A stretch of DNA of 64,000 bases, taken from contig NC_043006.1 of assembly GCF_006345805.1 (NCBI RefSeq), forward strand, positions 64,294,001-64,358,000. The letters are read 5' to 3'. Numbering within the stretch: the first letter of the stretch is position 1; every line of letters begins with the position of its first letter. Below are positions 22,860-35,914 of this stretch, piece by piece. Source of the DNA: Octopus sinensis. Its lineage: Eukaryota. Below the pieces are notes generated by a model. That model did not search any database, was not told the DNA's origin, and worked only from the letters and a program-made list of their open reading frames with translations. The position numbers were made by a program, and so were the translations under genes.

Positions 22860-24570
22860 CTTTCACTCTTCTGCGTAGCAGGTGGCAGCTTTCCAGTTTC
22901 TGTCTGAAGTGACAAGGCACTGTCAGGCATCCATGGCATCATATATGAACAACTTGCTTCTTCAAATAAGAAAAGGATTATCATTCTGGACTCAATGGTT
23001 AAGGTCAAACCAAGAGACTCCTGTTGTGATGGGAAATCAGTTTTAGTGAGACTCCTGTTAACAGTGTGTCATTGTACAACATATATGCCTTGTTCTCTTT
23101 GATTGGACACCTTTCTTTGCTGCTACAGAAACCTTCCTTTTATCATCTATTTTGTCTCCCACAAAAGGACTTGGTGGGAGGCTGTCTATAGCAAACTCCA
23201 GTGAAATTCCTCTCTCTATTATATATACATACATATGAACGTAGCAGGTAACAGCTAACCTTTGGATGCTGTTTTGGACCCGTTGTTCTACCACTCTGAT
23301 TGGTTTGTATTGGCACAATTTGTCTCTTACTCTATCGCACACCAATATGCAACCCAACCAATTTCAGCCTCCAAATAAATCACATGATATTACAACCTAT
23401 CCAACTAAAATAGTATCATTCAAAGTGGAAAATGGCTTAAACTGACAATGGAAAAGAACGGATGCAGCTCGAACTCGTAGCAAATAGCTTCACAACAGAA
23501 ATTTATGTAGGTCATACAGAGACTAACGTGCAATGGATGTTTGTTATTTCAATGGATGTTTTTCTCTTGCATTTTAAGGAAATAATCAAGCATGAACTGA
23601 TACAGCTAATTATTTAAGTTAACAATAGTATGATTTAAAAAGGGCTCCATGTTTCTTTCTGTCTCATTATTTACACAACATTATTTCAATATCTTAATCT
23701 GCCTTTACATATCGTTACACTACACTACGTATATACAATGGTACCAATGTAAGACATTTAATCATCTGTGAAGCAGATATACAATACAATATATGGAATA
23801 TGTACATCATGAATATAAAATCTAAAGCAAAAATAAATAATTCAAAGGTAAAGAAATTAAAAGTTGAACTTAAAATAGAATTTTTTTCAAACAATATAAT
23901 TTTCTAAATAAATACATGAGCGTGGGTACATACATACACACACAGCATAAAAAAAAAAAACAACCAGAAAACACCTACAGACAACATATGTATGTTTTGT
24001 AAGATCAAGACTGAAAGCATCAGCTATATTATTGCCAACTGTGAGAAAACGTCTTCCAGATATTATCTTCCCATGTGGCAAGGTGGTGGCCAGAACTGTC
24101 TGAAATAGAATAATAAAAAAAGAAAACACTCCAGACAAAGTTGTTATGCATGGCAGTCTGGGTCTAGGATGACCGTTGCTGTAATTTAGCCCCAGGAGAC
24201 ATCGTCTCCTGGGGCTAAATTATAGCAACATTCTTCCTAGACCAGGACTGCCATGTTATGTTGGCAAACAATTTTTACTACAAAGTACTGTTGCTGAATA
24301 TCTCACGTTGTGAGATTTAAAAATAGTAACTTCCGAAGTTGTCTATATGGAAACTGCTGGATCAAAAGACTATTTTCAATTAAAGCAGCCACCAAGTTGA
24401 AACACAACCAGTTAGATATTGTTGTGGAACTCTGTTGCCATCTGGACACCAATGTGGTCAGAAAAAATAAAGGAGAAAGAAAACATCTATGGACAGTTGA
24501 TAAGGATTTCGTAAATCCAATACCCAAAATACACTTTCAGTTTTATACCTACTCAGCCATGGATTAACTC
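22860..24570 (+). mobile_element. Very old R4/Dong-like relic (RT traces, Zn-knuckle, REL endonuclease)
   Basis: CMFCKIKTESISYIIANCEKTSSRYYLPM at ~23990-24075 and IKAATKLKHNQLDIVVELCC at ~24380-24440 parallel the younger R4 copy at 26240-26600; the upstream part is weakly supported. Confidence 0.55.
24149..24255. repeat. 107-bp hairpin (inverted duplication of a short SINE-like segment)
   Basis: 26-bp inner stem 24175-24200/24204-24229 with a 3-nt loop, plus an outer stem catggcagtc...ctagga / tcctag...gactgccatg. Confidence 0.85.
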
Positions 24571-25559
24571 ATTAAGCAAAATAAGCACGTGATTAAGGCA
24601 TCAAGGGGCACCGCAGAAATGGTAAATGATCTACAGCACAAAAGAAATCACTTAAAACTTGCTAAAATAATATTCGTAATGCCTTATCTCTACTAAATAT
24701 AGAAGCAGAAGTTTTTACATAAAATAATTAATTAATGATATCATTGAACACTTCACAATTTAAAAATAAAAAAACAAGGAGAAAACTTTTGAAGCATACA
24801 AAAATAAACATTATTTTCCTGAGAATTTTGTTTCATTTTGAAAAATAAAAACTTATTTTATGATTTATTATTTACTCTTTTATTTGTTTCAGTCATTTGA
24901 CTGCAGCCATGCTGGAGCACCGCCTTTAGTCGAGCAAATCAACCCCAGAACTTATTCTTTGTAAGCCTAGCACTTATTCTGTCAGTATCTTTTGCCAAAC
25001 CGCTAAGTTACGGGGACGTAAGCACACCAGCTTCGGTTGTCAAGTGATGTTGAGGGAACAAACACAGATACACAAACATATACACACACACGTATATATA
25101 GACATATATACGACAGGCTTCTTTCAGTTTCCATCTACCAAATCCACTCACAAGGCTTTGGTTGGCCTGAGACTATAGTAGAAGACACTTGCCCAAGGTG
25201 CCATGCAGTGGGATTGAACCCAGAACCATGAGGTTCGTAAGCAAGCTACTTATCACACAGCCACTCCTATGCCTATGCGTAATGCCTCATCTCTGCTAAA
25301 TATAGAAGCAGAAGTTTTTACATAAAATAAAATAATTAATTAACGATATCATTGAACACTTTGCAATTTAAAAAAAAAACAAGGAAAAACTTTTCAAATA
25401 TAAATGAAGTTGAAGCATGCAAAAATAAACATTTTCCTGAGAATTTTGTTTCATTTTGAAAAATAAAAATTTATTTTATGGTTTATTATCGTTTGCATTT
25501 TGAATTATTTTTGTTTACATTTTGAACCATTTACATTTACTTGAGGGCACCAAAACCTT

Positions 25560-26870
25560 TTAAGTGCTTAGGGCCTCTACGGGTCTTAATCCAACACTGT
25601 ACTTATTATTATTGGTGTAACAGGATATACGTACAAATCCGCCTGGAGCAAAATATGGTTAAACTTGGGATCTCGGGGAGAGAATGCAACTCATTTCATA
25701 CACTACAAATGATCACAAAATCTAGGACTATAAAAATCTGGAAGACCTAAAGATTTAAAAGACAATAAACAAAAGAAAATGCTCGCCTCCTCGACCTTGT
25801 TACCAAGCAGGTGACTGGTCAAAAGTAACTCTAAATAAAAAAAAAAGCAAGAGAATACACACACACACACATTCATGTTAAGGAAGTCTGAAGGCTATTT
25901 CACTGGTTCACAAAGAAACAGAAATACCAAAATTACACACTGTTTCTTTGTGGATGACTTAAAACTTTATGCAAAGAATATGCATGAGATGAAAAAGAGC
26001 CTTGACCTAGTTACAACATTTTCAAAGGATATAGGGTTGGAGTTTGATCAGCATAAATGTTGTTATATGGTTGTGAAAAGGGGGAAAACTATAAACCAGA
26101 CTGGTAGCATCTCTGGTAATGATTTGACTGTTTCCCCTATATCTGATGAGGAATGTTACAGGTATTTATATCAACCAAGTACCTAATGCACAAAAGGGAT
26201 AGAGATGTGGGAAAAGCCAGAAAATGTGACAACCAATGCAGACTTTGTAGAGTTCACACTGAAGACATCACCCACATCATAAGCAGTTGTCGGAAAATAA
26301 GATCATAAGTAGTTGTCATCACAGTATTATCTACCAATGTGACATGACGTTCTAGCTAGGACACTCTATAATGAAATCCGTTGGAATGATAATCCTGAGG
26401 ACAAAGAAATAAAAACCCACAATATGGTAGAAGCCATAGCCATTCATAATGAAAAAAAGAATTATTGGTGGAATGTACCAGTGAAGACCTCAATAAAATG
26501 TAAGTGCAATAGACCTGATATAATGATTTGGGATAGAGAAAAGAAACTGCACAGTTGTGGAAATTAGCTGCCCAGCAGATGTTAACTTAAAGCTGAAGAT
26601 CAGTGAAAAAGAGAACACCTATGCTGAACTATTGAGAAATCTACAGTTACTCTATCCAGATTACAAGTTCAGGATAATACCTGTAATTATTGGGGCCCTG
26701 GGATATGTAACACACTGTCTAAATACCTATCTTGAGAAATTAGGCTTCTCAAAACCAGAAAGGAGAACACTAATTCGAAGGCTACAGATCCAATCCATCA
26801 CTGAAACTGTAAAAATCTGGGTTAGAAACCAGTTCATTCTCTATTGGCAAGAAATTTTGAAATAAACTGA
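25560..26870 (+). mobile_element. R4/Dong-like non-LTR fragments (a C-terminal piece, then an internally deleted RT + Zn-knuckle + REL piece)
   Basis: ORF 25875-26186 has THCFFVDDLKLYAK...FSKDIGLEF; 26240-26390 has C..C....EDITHIISSC; 26500-26865 has RPDIMIWD...VEISCPAD...IPVIIGALG. Confidence 0.9.
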
Positions 26871-27625
26871 ATAATGATATACATATTAGATGCAGGCGTG
26901 GCTGTGCTTAAGAAATTCGCTTTATACCCATGTGGCTTTAGATCCAGTACTACTGCATGGTTCCTTGAGCAAGTATCTCCTCTTGTTGATCAATGCGTTG
27001 TGAGTGAATTTGGTAGGTGGAAATCGTGTGGAAGCCTGTCATATATATGTATATGTGTGTGTGTGTGTATCTTTGTATTTGTGTTTGTCCCCACGACCAC
27101 TTGACAACCAGTATTGGGGGCAATTTGTTCAACTAAACCTTTCAAGGCAGTCTGAAACAAGTAAAAAGATAAAGACATACATACATACATACATACATAC
27201 ATACACACAAACATACATATGGGCATGTTCATGCATGTGTATATATATATATATATATATAGTGCCGCCTTGACTGGCTTCCATGCCGGTGGCATGTAAA
27301 AAGCAGCAACCAATCGTGGCCGGAGTGGTTGGTGTTAGGAAGGGCATCCAGCTGTAGAAACACTGCCAGATCAGACTGGAGCCTGGTGCAACCTCCTGGC
27401 TTCCCAGACACTGGTCGAATCCGTCCAACCCATGCTAGCATGGAAAACGGACGTTCAACGATGATGATGATATATATATATAATAAAATACAAAATAGGA
27501 CAAGAACGCAAAACATCCAGAAGACAATACAAAAAACACGGACGGGTCATTCGAAGCCTTTAATCTTCAGTCAAGAACCGGATCATCCTCGCAATTTTGG
27601 ATGATTAATCGGCTGATATATATAT

Positions 27626-27661
<36 letters not shown>

Positions 27662-27869
27662 TGTACATGTAAGACAATGAAAATGAGTGCTCAACACTAC
27701 ATTGGTGGATAAAATTTTCGCTATTTTTGTATTAAGTCTACCATTGGTTTCATAGTCTTTTATTAAGAAAAATAAGAAAGTATCTTAATATCTTAATTTT
27801 TCAAGCCGATCACATAGAGGAATGGTGTTAGCCTCGATTTTGGATAAGTATATATTTATTCATATGCAT

Positions 27870-30800
27870 GTATGCCTGTATAACTATATGCCTCAGAAGC
27901 TCTCGAAACTAGACCACGGGACAATACCTCCCACACTCTCAGGGTTGGCACTCTCAACATTGGCACATTGAAAGATAGGTCTGGTGAGATTGATGAGATG
28001 CTTGAACGGAGATGTGTCGATATGTGCTGCATCCAAGAAGTAAGGTGGAGAAGAGGTTCCGCTAGGTTCCTCACAGGCAAAGAACACAGGTACAAGATTT
28101 TCTGGGAAGGGAGCACTGACGGGCCCGGGGAGTGGGTATACTTCTTGCAGAGAAATGGGTGGATAAGGTAATTGAGGTAGTCGGAGTATGTAACAGAATA
28201 CTTAAGATTAGATTAGTGCTTCATCATGGGTTAGCAACCATTATTTTGGCCTATGCCCCTCAGCTAGGGCTACCCGATGGACAGAAAGACTGATTCTATG
28301 ACACCCTCTTGCAGACTACCTCGTTGACAAATGACAGGGACCTTCTCTTTGTGGCTGGCGACTTCAATGGACATGTTGGACAACATACAGGGGGCTTCCA
28401 TGGTGTACATGGAGGTTACAGTTTTGGTTCCCACAATGAGGAGGGAACCAGGCTGCTGGAGTTCTGCAATGCAAATGATCTTATGGTTTGCAATACTAAC
28501 TTCAGGAAACCTGCCAGTCACCTAGTCACCTACAGTTCTGGCAGACACACTAGCCAAATTGACTATATCCTCGCCAGAAAAAGGGAAAGATGGTTGCTTA
28601 TAATGCCAAAACCTTCCCAGGTGAAGAATGTACCCCACAACATAGACTGGTAGTTAGTGACTTCAGGATCAGGGCTAAGTGGATGCCCAGAAGACGACCA
28701 GCAAGGAGGAGAAGGGTCTGGAACCTTAAGGATCCTGCGAATGAACAGCAATTTAGAGACATATTACTCAAAGCCTTTGATGAAATAGAAGGGGATATAG
28801 CTTCCCATGATGTGGAAGACAACTGGAGGTTTCTAAGGGACAACCTGCTGAGGGCCCCGGACCAGATCTGTGGAGGATGCAAAGTCCCCTCTCTACCCAA
28901 AATAATGTGATGGTGGAACAACGTTGTTGACAGGGCTAAACGAGGCTGCAAAGAAAGAGGTTTGGAGACTCCACTATGAAAAGTTGCTCAATAAAGAAAA
29001 TGAATGGGAGAAAGAGAGTCAACCGAATGTCGACTCAACAGAGGGACCAGCTGTCCGAGTTGACAATACATTGGTAGATAAAGCAATTAAGAGTATGAAG
29101 ACAGGGAAAGCTCCCAGACCATCAGGAATCACTGCAGAGATGCTCAAAATATCTGGCAGTGTCGGCAATAGCCTAGTCACCCATATAGTTAACTAGGTGA
29201 TACATGAAGGAGTCATACCCAATGACTGGTGTAGCAGCACCATAGTCAACTGCTACAAAAGTAAAGGTGACACTTTAGATACAAATAATTACAGAGGTAT
29301 CAAGTTGTTGGATCAGGTATTGAAGGTCACGGAGAGGGTCATAGCCCAACTAATTAGGGAGAGAGTCAGTTTAGATGAGATGCAGTTTGGGTTCATGCCA
29401 GGGAAAAGCACCACTGATGCTATATTTCTGGTAAGGCAGCTGCAGGAGGAATACCTAGCCAAAGATAAACCTCTGCACCTAGCTTTCATTGACATGGAGA
29501 ATGCCTTTGACAGGGTCCCCTGATCCCTTATCTGGTGGTCAACGAGGAAACTAGGGATAGATGAATAGTTAGTGAGAGCTGTGCAAGCCATGTACAGGGA
29601 CACTGTTAGTAAGGTGAAGGTTCGTGATGAGTACAGTGAAGAGTTCCGGGTAGAGGTAGGGGTCCACCAAGGTTCAGTCCTCAGCGCCCTCTTATTCATC
29701 ATAGTCCTCCAGGCAATAACAGAGGAATTCAAGACAGGATGCCCCTGGGAGCTCCTCTAAGCTGATAACCTTGCTCTAATTGCTGAGTCACTATCAGAAC
29801 TAGAGGAGAAGTTTCAGGTGTGGAAGCAAGGATTGGAATCAAAGGTCCTTAGAGTCAACCTAGCTAAAACCAAAGTCTTAATAAGTAGTAAGGCAGACAA
29901 ACCACAAATCCCTTCATGTAGATGGCTCTGCTCGATCTGTAGAAAAGGTGTAGGTAGAAATTCTATAAGATGTACCCAGTGTAAGCCTAGGACACATAAG
30001 ATGTGCAGCAATATCAAAGGAAGGCTAACTAGGAAGATAGTTTTTGTATGTGGCAGATGCTCGGGAGCTATAAATAACACTGTAAATGTGCAAAGAACCA
30101 CTTCCACCACATTCCAGGGTGAAAAACTAGAAGTAGTTGATAGCTTCTGTTACCTAGGTGACCAAGTCAGTAGCGGGGGAGGGTACACTGAAAGTGTAAC
30201 TGCTAGAATAAGAATAGCCTGGGCAAAGTTCAGAGAGCTCTTACCTCTGATGGTGACAAAGGGCCTCTTGCTCAGAGTAAAAGGTAGACTGTATGACGCA
30301 TATGTATGAACAGCCATGCTACATGGCAGTGAAACATGGGCTGTGACTGCTGAGGACATGTGTAAGCTTGCAAGGAATGAAGCCAGTATGATCCGATGGA
30401 TGTGTAATGTCAGTGTGCATACTCGATAGAGTGTAAGTACCTCGAGAAAAAAGTTGGACCTAAGAAGCATCAGATGTGGTGTGCAAGAGAGACGACTGCG
30501 CTGGTATGGTCATGTGGCAAGAATGGATGAGGATAGCTGTGTGAAAAAGTGTCACACCCTAGCGGTTGGGGGAACCTGTGGAACAGGTAGATCCAGGAAG
30601 ACCTGGGATAAGGTGGTGAACCATGACCTTCGAACATTAGGCCTCACCGAGGCAATGACTAGTGACCAGGACCTTTGGAAATATGCTGTGCTTGAGAAGA
30701 CACAGCAATTCAAGTGAGACCATAACTTTGTGGCCTATGCCAGGGGTGTAACCAGCCTACTTATGTGTACTTTTCTTTCATTGGACACTAAACTCTGCTT

Positions 30801-31302
30801 GCAAAAACCTGTTGAGGCAATCGAAATCAAATTCGATGACTAGCATCCGTGTTAGTGGAGCGCTATGAGCACGATCTGAGCGTGAAAGTTGCCAGAGCAA
30901 CAAACTGGCTTCCGTGCCAGTGGCATGTAAAAAGCACCATTCGAGTGTGATCGTTATCAGCATCATCTTACTGGCACTTGTGCTAGTGACACATGAAATA
31001 ACATTCAAGCAAGGTCGTTGCCAGTGCTGCTGGACTGGCTCCTGTGCAGGTGGCACATAAAAAACACCATTTGAGCATGACCATTGCCAGTACCGCTAAA
31101 CTGGCCCTTGTGCCGGTGGCACGTAAAAGCACCCACTATACTCTCGGAGTGGTTGGCGTTAGGAAGGTGCATCCAGCTGTAGAAACTCTGCCAGATCAGA
31201 ATGGAGCCTGGTGCAGCCATCTGGTTCACCAGATCTCAGTCAAATCGTCCAACCCATGCTAGCATGGAAAGCGGACGTTAAACAATGATGATGATGATGA
31301 TG
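27870..31302 (+). mobile_element. Decayed near-full-length RTE-clade LINE, same family as 16099-19700, with tandem 3'-UTR modules and a (GAT)n tail
   Basis: ORF pieces 28309-28653 (APE), 29197-29523 and 29572-29760 (RT: GVHQGSVLSALLF), 29818-30717; multiple stops and frameshifts. Confidence 0.95.
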
Positions 31303-32036
31303 TCCATGCTTAACTGGGTTACCTCTGAAGAGAACCAAACAACTGGATGCATGTGTACATATGTATAGCACTACATTTGCATGTAAAACTTGTTCTATTA
31401 TGATTTTGTGAACAAAATTTTTATGGTAATTAAAAAATAAATTTCTTTAGAAAAGTTGACAGTTTTTATTGCAATCTTTTTAATTTATATTTTTTGAAGT
31501 TCTTTATTCTGTCATTCTTTTATATTTTCCAACTCATGCACTCTGACCATACAGGGTAACCGATGATATATAATTTAATTCACCCCCCCCACACACACAC
31601 ACACATACAGGGTTGGGCAAAATAATAAAGACATCTCTTTTTATTTCACTATATTTTTCTATTGGTGATATGACAAATTCAAAACTGTTCAAGTGTATAT
31701 ACGAGTCCATATGTATTATGTATGTTCTGCCCTTAGACAGAGCCGTCTTTTATTCTTTTTCTTTTTTGTCCCAGATATTAAGATAGTTAACTTATCTGAT
31801 GGGTTTCCAAAAAGTACAAATTCCTGGAGCCTGGATAGCTGGAGCTTCATTCACTAAAACTGCTGATTTGTTTAACGCTTTGAGAGGTGGTGTGTAAATT
31901 CATGTTAGCATTCCAGAACAAATGTAAAAACCAGTTCTGGCAAGTATAATTTTGGATGAAAGGCTAAGCTCACAGAGAGGGCCTGCATAATAATGAAACA
32001 TATAGAGTCTAAAAACCATCAGACTACAGCAGTAAA

Positions 32037-32428
32037 TTATTTACATCATTTACATTTGATGGATATTTGTCCTCATCTTGTTTGTTGTTAACACAACATT
32101 TCGACTGATATACTCTCCAGCCTTCATCAGGTGCTCTGGGGGAATTTCGAACTTGGGTTCTCGTTCCTAAGGTATTTTTCCAATGTTGTTGCTATTATCA
32201 TCGTCGTCATCATCATTATTATTCAGGCCACTGCCTGGAATCAAACTCGGAATCTTGGGGTTAGTAGCTCGCACTCTTAACCACTATGCTATATGCCCAA
32301 AATTACCCCAGGACACTAAATGACAGCTGGAGAGTACATCAGCCGAGACGTATTAACAAGATGAGATAAATATCCATCAAATGTAAATAATGTACATAAT
32401 TCCTCATCTCTCAAATATAGAACTGTAG
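32037..32428. mobile_element. Inverted composite: tRNA-headed, hammerhead-bearing element (minus, 32298-32037) plus a 5'-truncated copy (plus, ~32305-32428); 9-bp TSD agcagtaaa
   Basis: A box TAGCATAGTGG (32291-32281), B-box-like GAGTTTGATTCC (32248-32237), hammerhead 32135-32090; agcagtaaa at 32028-32036 and 32429-32437. Confidence 0.8.
32090..32135 (-). ncRNA. Minimal type-I hammerhead-ribozyme-like motif
   Basis: AGCAC-CUGAUGA-A-GGCUG(10-nt loop)CAGUC-GAAA-UGUU|GUGUU: 5-bp stem I, 5-bp stem II, loopless stem III with one C>T change. Confidence 0.7.
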
Positions 32429-33799
32429 AGCAGTAAAAATGATAGCAGTGTTAAACCACCACCTTCATAATCTCATGTGAACCAAAACCCTTTACCTTAA
32501 GCTTTATAAAACTGGGTGCCATAGGAGGGCTGCAATTGTTAAAACTTTCATGACCCTTCATCAGAAAAAATAGCGTCTTTCAGAAGTGTTCACAACGAAA
32601 TAATGTCATCTTCTTTGGAGAACCATCATTCACCCTTTTCCCCACCTCAGGGCGAGTTTATGTCTTGAAACAGCCTGGAGAAACCTCCAATCCTGACTAT
32701 TTGGCTCCTACTGTGAAACTTGGAAGTGACTCTGTTATGATTTGAGCGACCATATCACAGAATTCCCTTGGCTCTTTAGTTGTTCAACATGGCTGAGTTA
32801 ATGCAAATGATTATCTGAGTATTTTGACTGATCACATCCACTCTATAGCACAAACATTCTTTTCTGATCGTAACGCAATCTTTCAAGAAGATATTACACC
32901 TATGCACACAGATAGTGGCATTCAAAAATTGGTCCAAAGAACAGAAAAGTGAAGCAGACTATTTGGACAAGTCCCAACAATCATTATTTGGATTGGTCCC
33001 TACAATCGAACATTTATGGTGCATATTAGAACAGCAAGTGAGGATCTGCTTGCTTCCTTCATCGACGTGGAAAGAGCTAAAGCAAGTTTTACTTGAGGAA
33101 TCACTCACAAGTCTCTTAACAGCCATTCCTGCACATGTGGTATGGAAATTATAAACAATGACTTACGATTTACAAAATATTGTCAAAATATTGATATTTT
33201 CATACATGCAATGAATATGGCTGTTGGACTTGTAATGTCTTGATGTGTGTGTGTATATACATGCACACACACACTCATATATACGCACGCACACATGTAA
33301 ATATCATAGTGCTAGTGCATGCATATACAGCTGTGTGCGTGCGCACACACACGCAAGTACTGTCCAAATCTCCGACCAATCACATACAGCTAGCTGGCAT
33401 TCTATTGGTGTATCAAGTTTCGGGCATTTTGATTGGGTTTTGGATAGAAAATTCACAAAAAAGTCACTTCTATTGATTTTTTAATGGCTTTGCGGGGTGA
33501 CTGGGGAAAGGTAAAGATGTGCACGACCACCCTTGGACGGTTTTGAATGACTATAGAAAGTGCTAGCCCTCTAACTGAAAAATTGTGGATTTGTATAAAG
33601 GACACACACGCAGACATTTTGCCGTTTATATATATAGAGATAATGTCCTGGGTATGTTTAATGTTTGTATGTTTGTGTATTGAGGGAGTTAATCATGAGG
33701 GCATGTGTCTTCTAGATGCGGAGTTCGTATGATGTATATATTTAATGTTCATGTTCAGAGACAAAAAAAGAAACCTATCCTAGTAGGATCGGCGGAGTG

Positions 33800-34000
33800 G
33801 GTGGTGGTTTCTCTTTGAAATATCTGAATGTAAAATATTGCTTCTGCATGCAGGGGAGAAGGTGTCATCCCTAATGTTTAAGACGTTATCTTTTTTATTA
33901 GATGGCGTTTAGCTTTCCAGTAATGCAAAGCTTACTTGTGGTACCCCACCCACTGTACTTTCTAGCTTTAGCAATAATGCTCCATGTTATCTGAATATCA
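33800..34000 (-). mobile_element. Penelope-like GIY-YIG endonuclease C-terminal relic
   Basis: ITWSIIAKARKYSGWGTTSKLCITGKL resembles the W.I...A..Y.....C.LC..EK signature of PLE endonucleases. Confidence 0.6.
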
Positions 34001-34156
34001 TCCAATCAAAAGAAAACATTTATACACACTCACACATATATACATGCCACCTTGGGCAAGTGTCTTCTACAATAGTCTTGGGCTGACCAAAGCCTTGTGG
34101 GTGGATTTGGTAGATGGAAACTGAAAGAAGCCCGTCGTAAATATATATATATATAT

Positions 34157-34365
34157 AACTTATAAATAAGGGCCAAAGAAAATTATTTCTATGCCAATAT
34201 GCTGATAACAGACTTTTAAATTGTCAATTTCCATATATTATTTACTCGCTACAGAAAATACAAAGAGCTGAAATCGAGGAAAGCCAGCCAATAGAATTTT
34301 TTTAAAAAGTTCGTTATTTCTATATTGGCATAGAAATAATTTTCTTTAGCCCTTATTTATAAGTT
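34157..34365. mobile_element. ~210-bp MITE-like element with 44-bp TIRs
   Basis: 34157-34200 mirrors 34322-34365 with one mismatch; TSD is not resolvable beside (TA)n. Confidence 0.7.
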
Positions 34366-35028
34366 GTTTATAATTTTAACCTTAAAGGTATTTTGATATG
34401 CTGCCACATTTTTTGATGGAATTTTGTTTCTGTAAAAAAAAAAAAAACTTCATCCTATATTAGTAGTATATATATATATATATATAAGCATGAGTGTGTG
34501 TATATGTTTGTGTGTCTGTGTTTATCCCCCCAACATCGCTTGACAACCAATGCTGTTGTGTTTACGCCCCTGTAGCTTAGCGGTTCGGCAAAAGATCCCA
34601 ATGGAATAATAAGTCCTGGGGTCGATTTGTTTGACTAAAGGCGGTGCTTCAGCATGGCCACAGTCAAATGACTGAAACAAGTAAAAGAGTAAAAGAGTAT
34701 ACATATATACATACTCACACGTATATACATATACAAGCGTAACTACATGTATACACACATACACACGTGCATATTTTAAAAAAATTGAAGTCTATCTGGA
34801 GACCATAGCCCCATTAGATGATGTTTGTGCTGGTTGTTTATGCAACTGAAAGTAAAATCCTCTCTCCTAACAGGACACAAGCACATCGTGGATGGTGGGC
34901 AACTTGAAACGAATTGTTTTATACAAGGACATTATGTGCCACTGCTAATAATTGAACCAATGACCTTCTGTTGATCACTGGCCCAACGACCTGCTTGATC
35001 ATTAGCCCAGCTTCCACACACACACACA

Positions 35029-35070
<42 letters not shown>

Positions 35071-35111
35071 GACAGACACACAGACAGACAGACAGACAGA
35101 CAGACACACAC

Positions 35112-35161
<50 letters not shown>

Positions 35162-35553
35162 ATCAGTTTCAAATTTTGTGTTCGACTGGTTGTTATTTTA
35201 TTGACTCCGAAACGATGAAAGGCAAAGTCGACCTCGGCGGAATTTGAACCCAGAACGTAAAGACGGACGAAATGTCACTATGCATTTTGCCCGACATTCT
35301 AACGATTCAGCAACCTCATCGCCTAATGTAGTTATATAACGACAACCTGCTCATGCAGCACAATATAATTAAGATATGTAACATATTCAGCATTTAGAAA
35401 CTCCATGTACCGGTTCATGTGTTGCCATTGTCTCCTTTGTTCTGAAATCCTGGTTGGAGGGTTGCACCGAGTGTATGTAGAAAACCAAACAAAGCACATA
35501 AGATTGTTATATAATGTGTATGAGGGGGAGTGTGTAAATGTGTGTGTGTGTAC

Positions 35554-35597
<44 letters not shown>

Positions 35598-35914
35598 TGT
35601 AGTGATGTGGTGCACCTTGTTAGTGCAGTGAAGGTGAAACTGTCCTCTATTGCAGTGAATAAGCTGATTTACTTTAAGGTGGCAATTATGTATTCATGAG
35701 TGAATCTTTGCCATGCATTCAAACGTCCCTTTGTTTGGATAAACTGGTACGTCCAATGAAGTTTTCGCTTTTCAGCACTACCAACTACATTCTTCTCCAT
35801 CACCACCATCTCAGATGTGTGTGTGTGTGTTGTGCTGTAATATGTATGCACTTGTTTGTTTGTGGGGAGGGAGAGCCACAGACAGACAGACAAACAGAGA
35901 AATCGTACCCCGGC

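Larger units (their letters stand above)
31606..33150 (+). mobile_element. Decayed Tc1-like transposon interrupted by a 392-bp insertion
   Basis: TA-cagggttgggcaaaata start; IAGAS.TKTA.LF, HQTTAVKMIAVLN, PTVK.G..SVMI and IEHLWCILEQQVR motifs; right end approximate. Confidence 0.8.

Noticed and set aside
23960-24100. Minus-strand exon candidate TVLATTLPHGKIISGRRF... with a good acceptor
   Set aside because: The opposite strand encodes an R4-type Zn-knuckle (CMFC...SSRYYLPM) matching the copy at 26240-26350, so it is TE antisense.
30900-31140. CRISPR-like array of ~60-nt repeats
   Set aside because: The units are degenerate tandem copies without unique spacers, lie inside an RTE 3' UTR, and the DNA is eukaryotic with no cas genes.
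32222-32298. Genuine tRNA gene (also tRNA-like heads near 36765-36835 and 47215-47285)
   Set aside because: A and B boxes are present, but I could not fold complete cloverleaves and each runs into SINE body sequence.
33937-33991. Minus-strand exon candidate ITWSIIAKARKYSGWGTT with ag/gtaag ends
   Set aside because: The peptide matches the Penelope GIY-YIG C-terminus and continues past the apparent donor.
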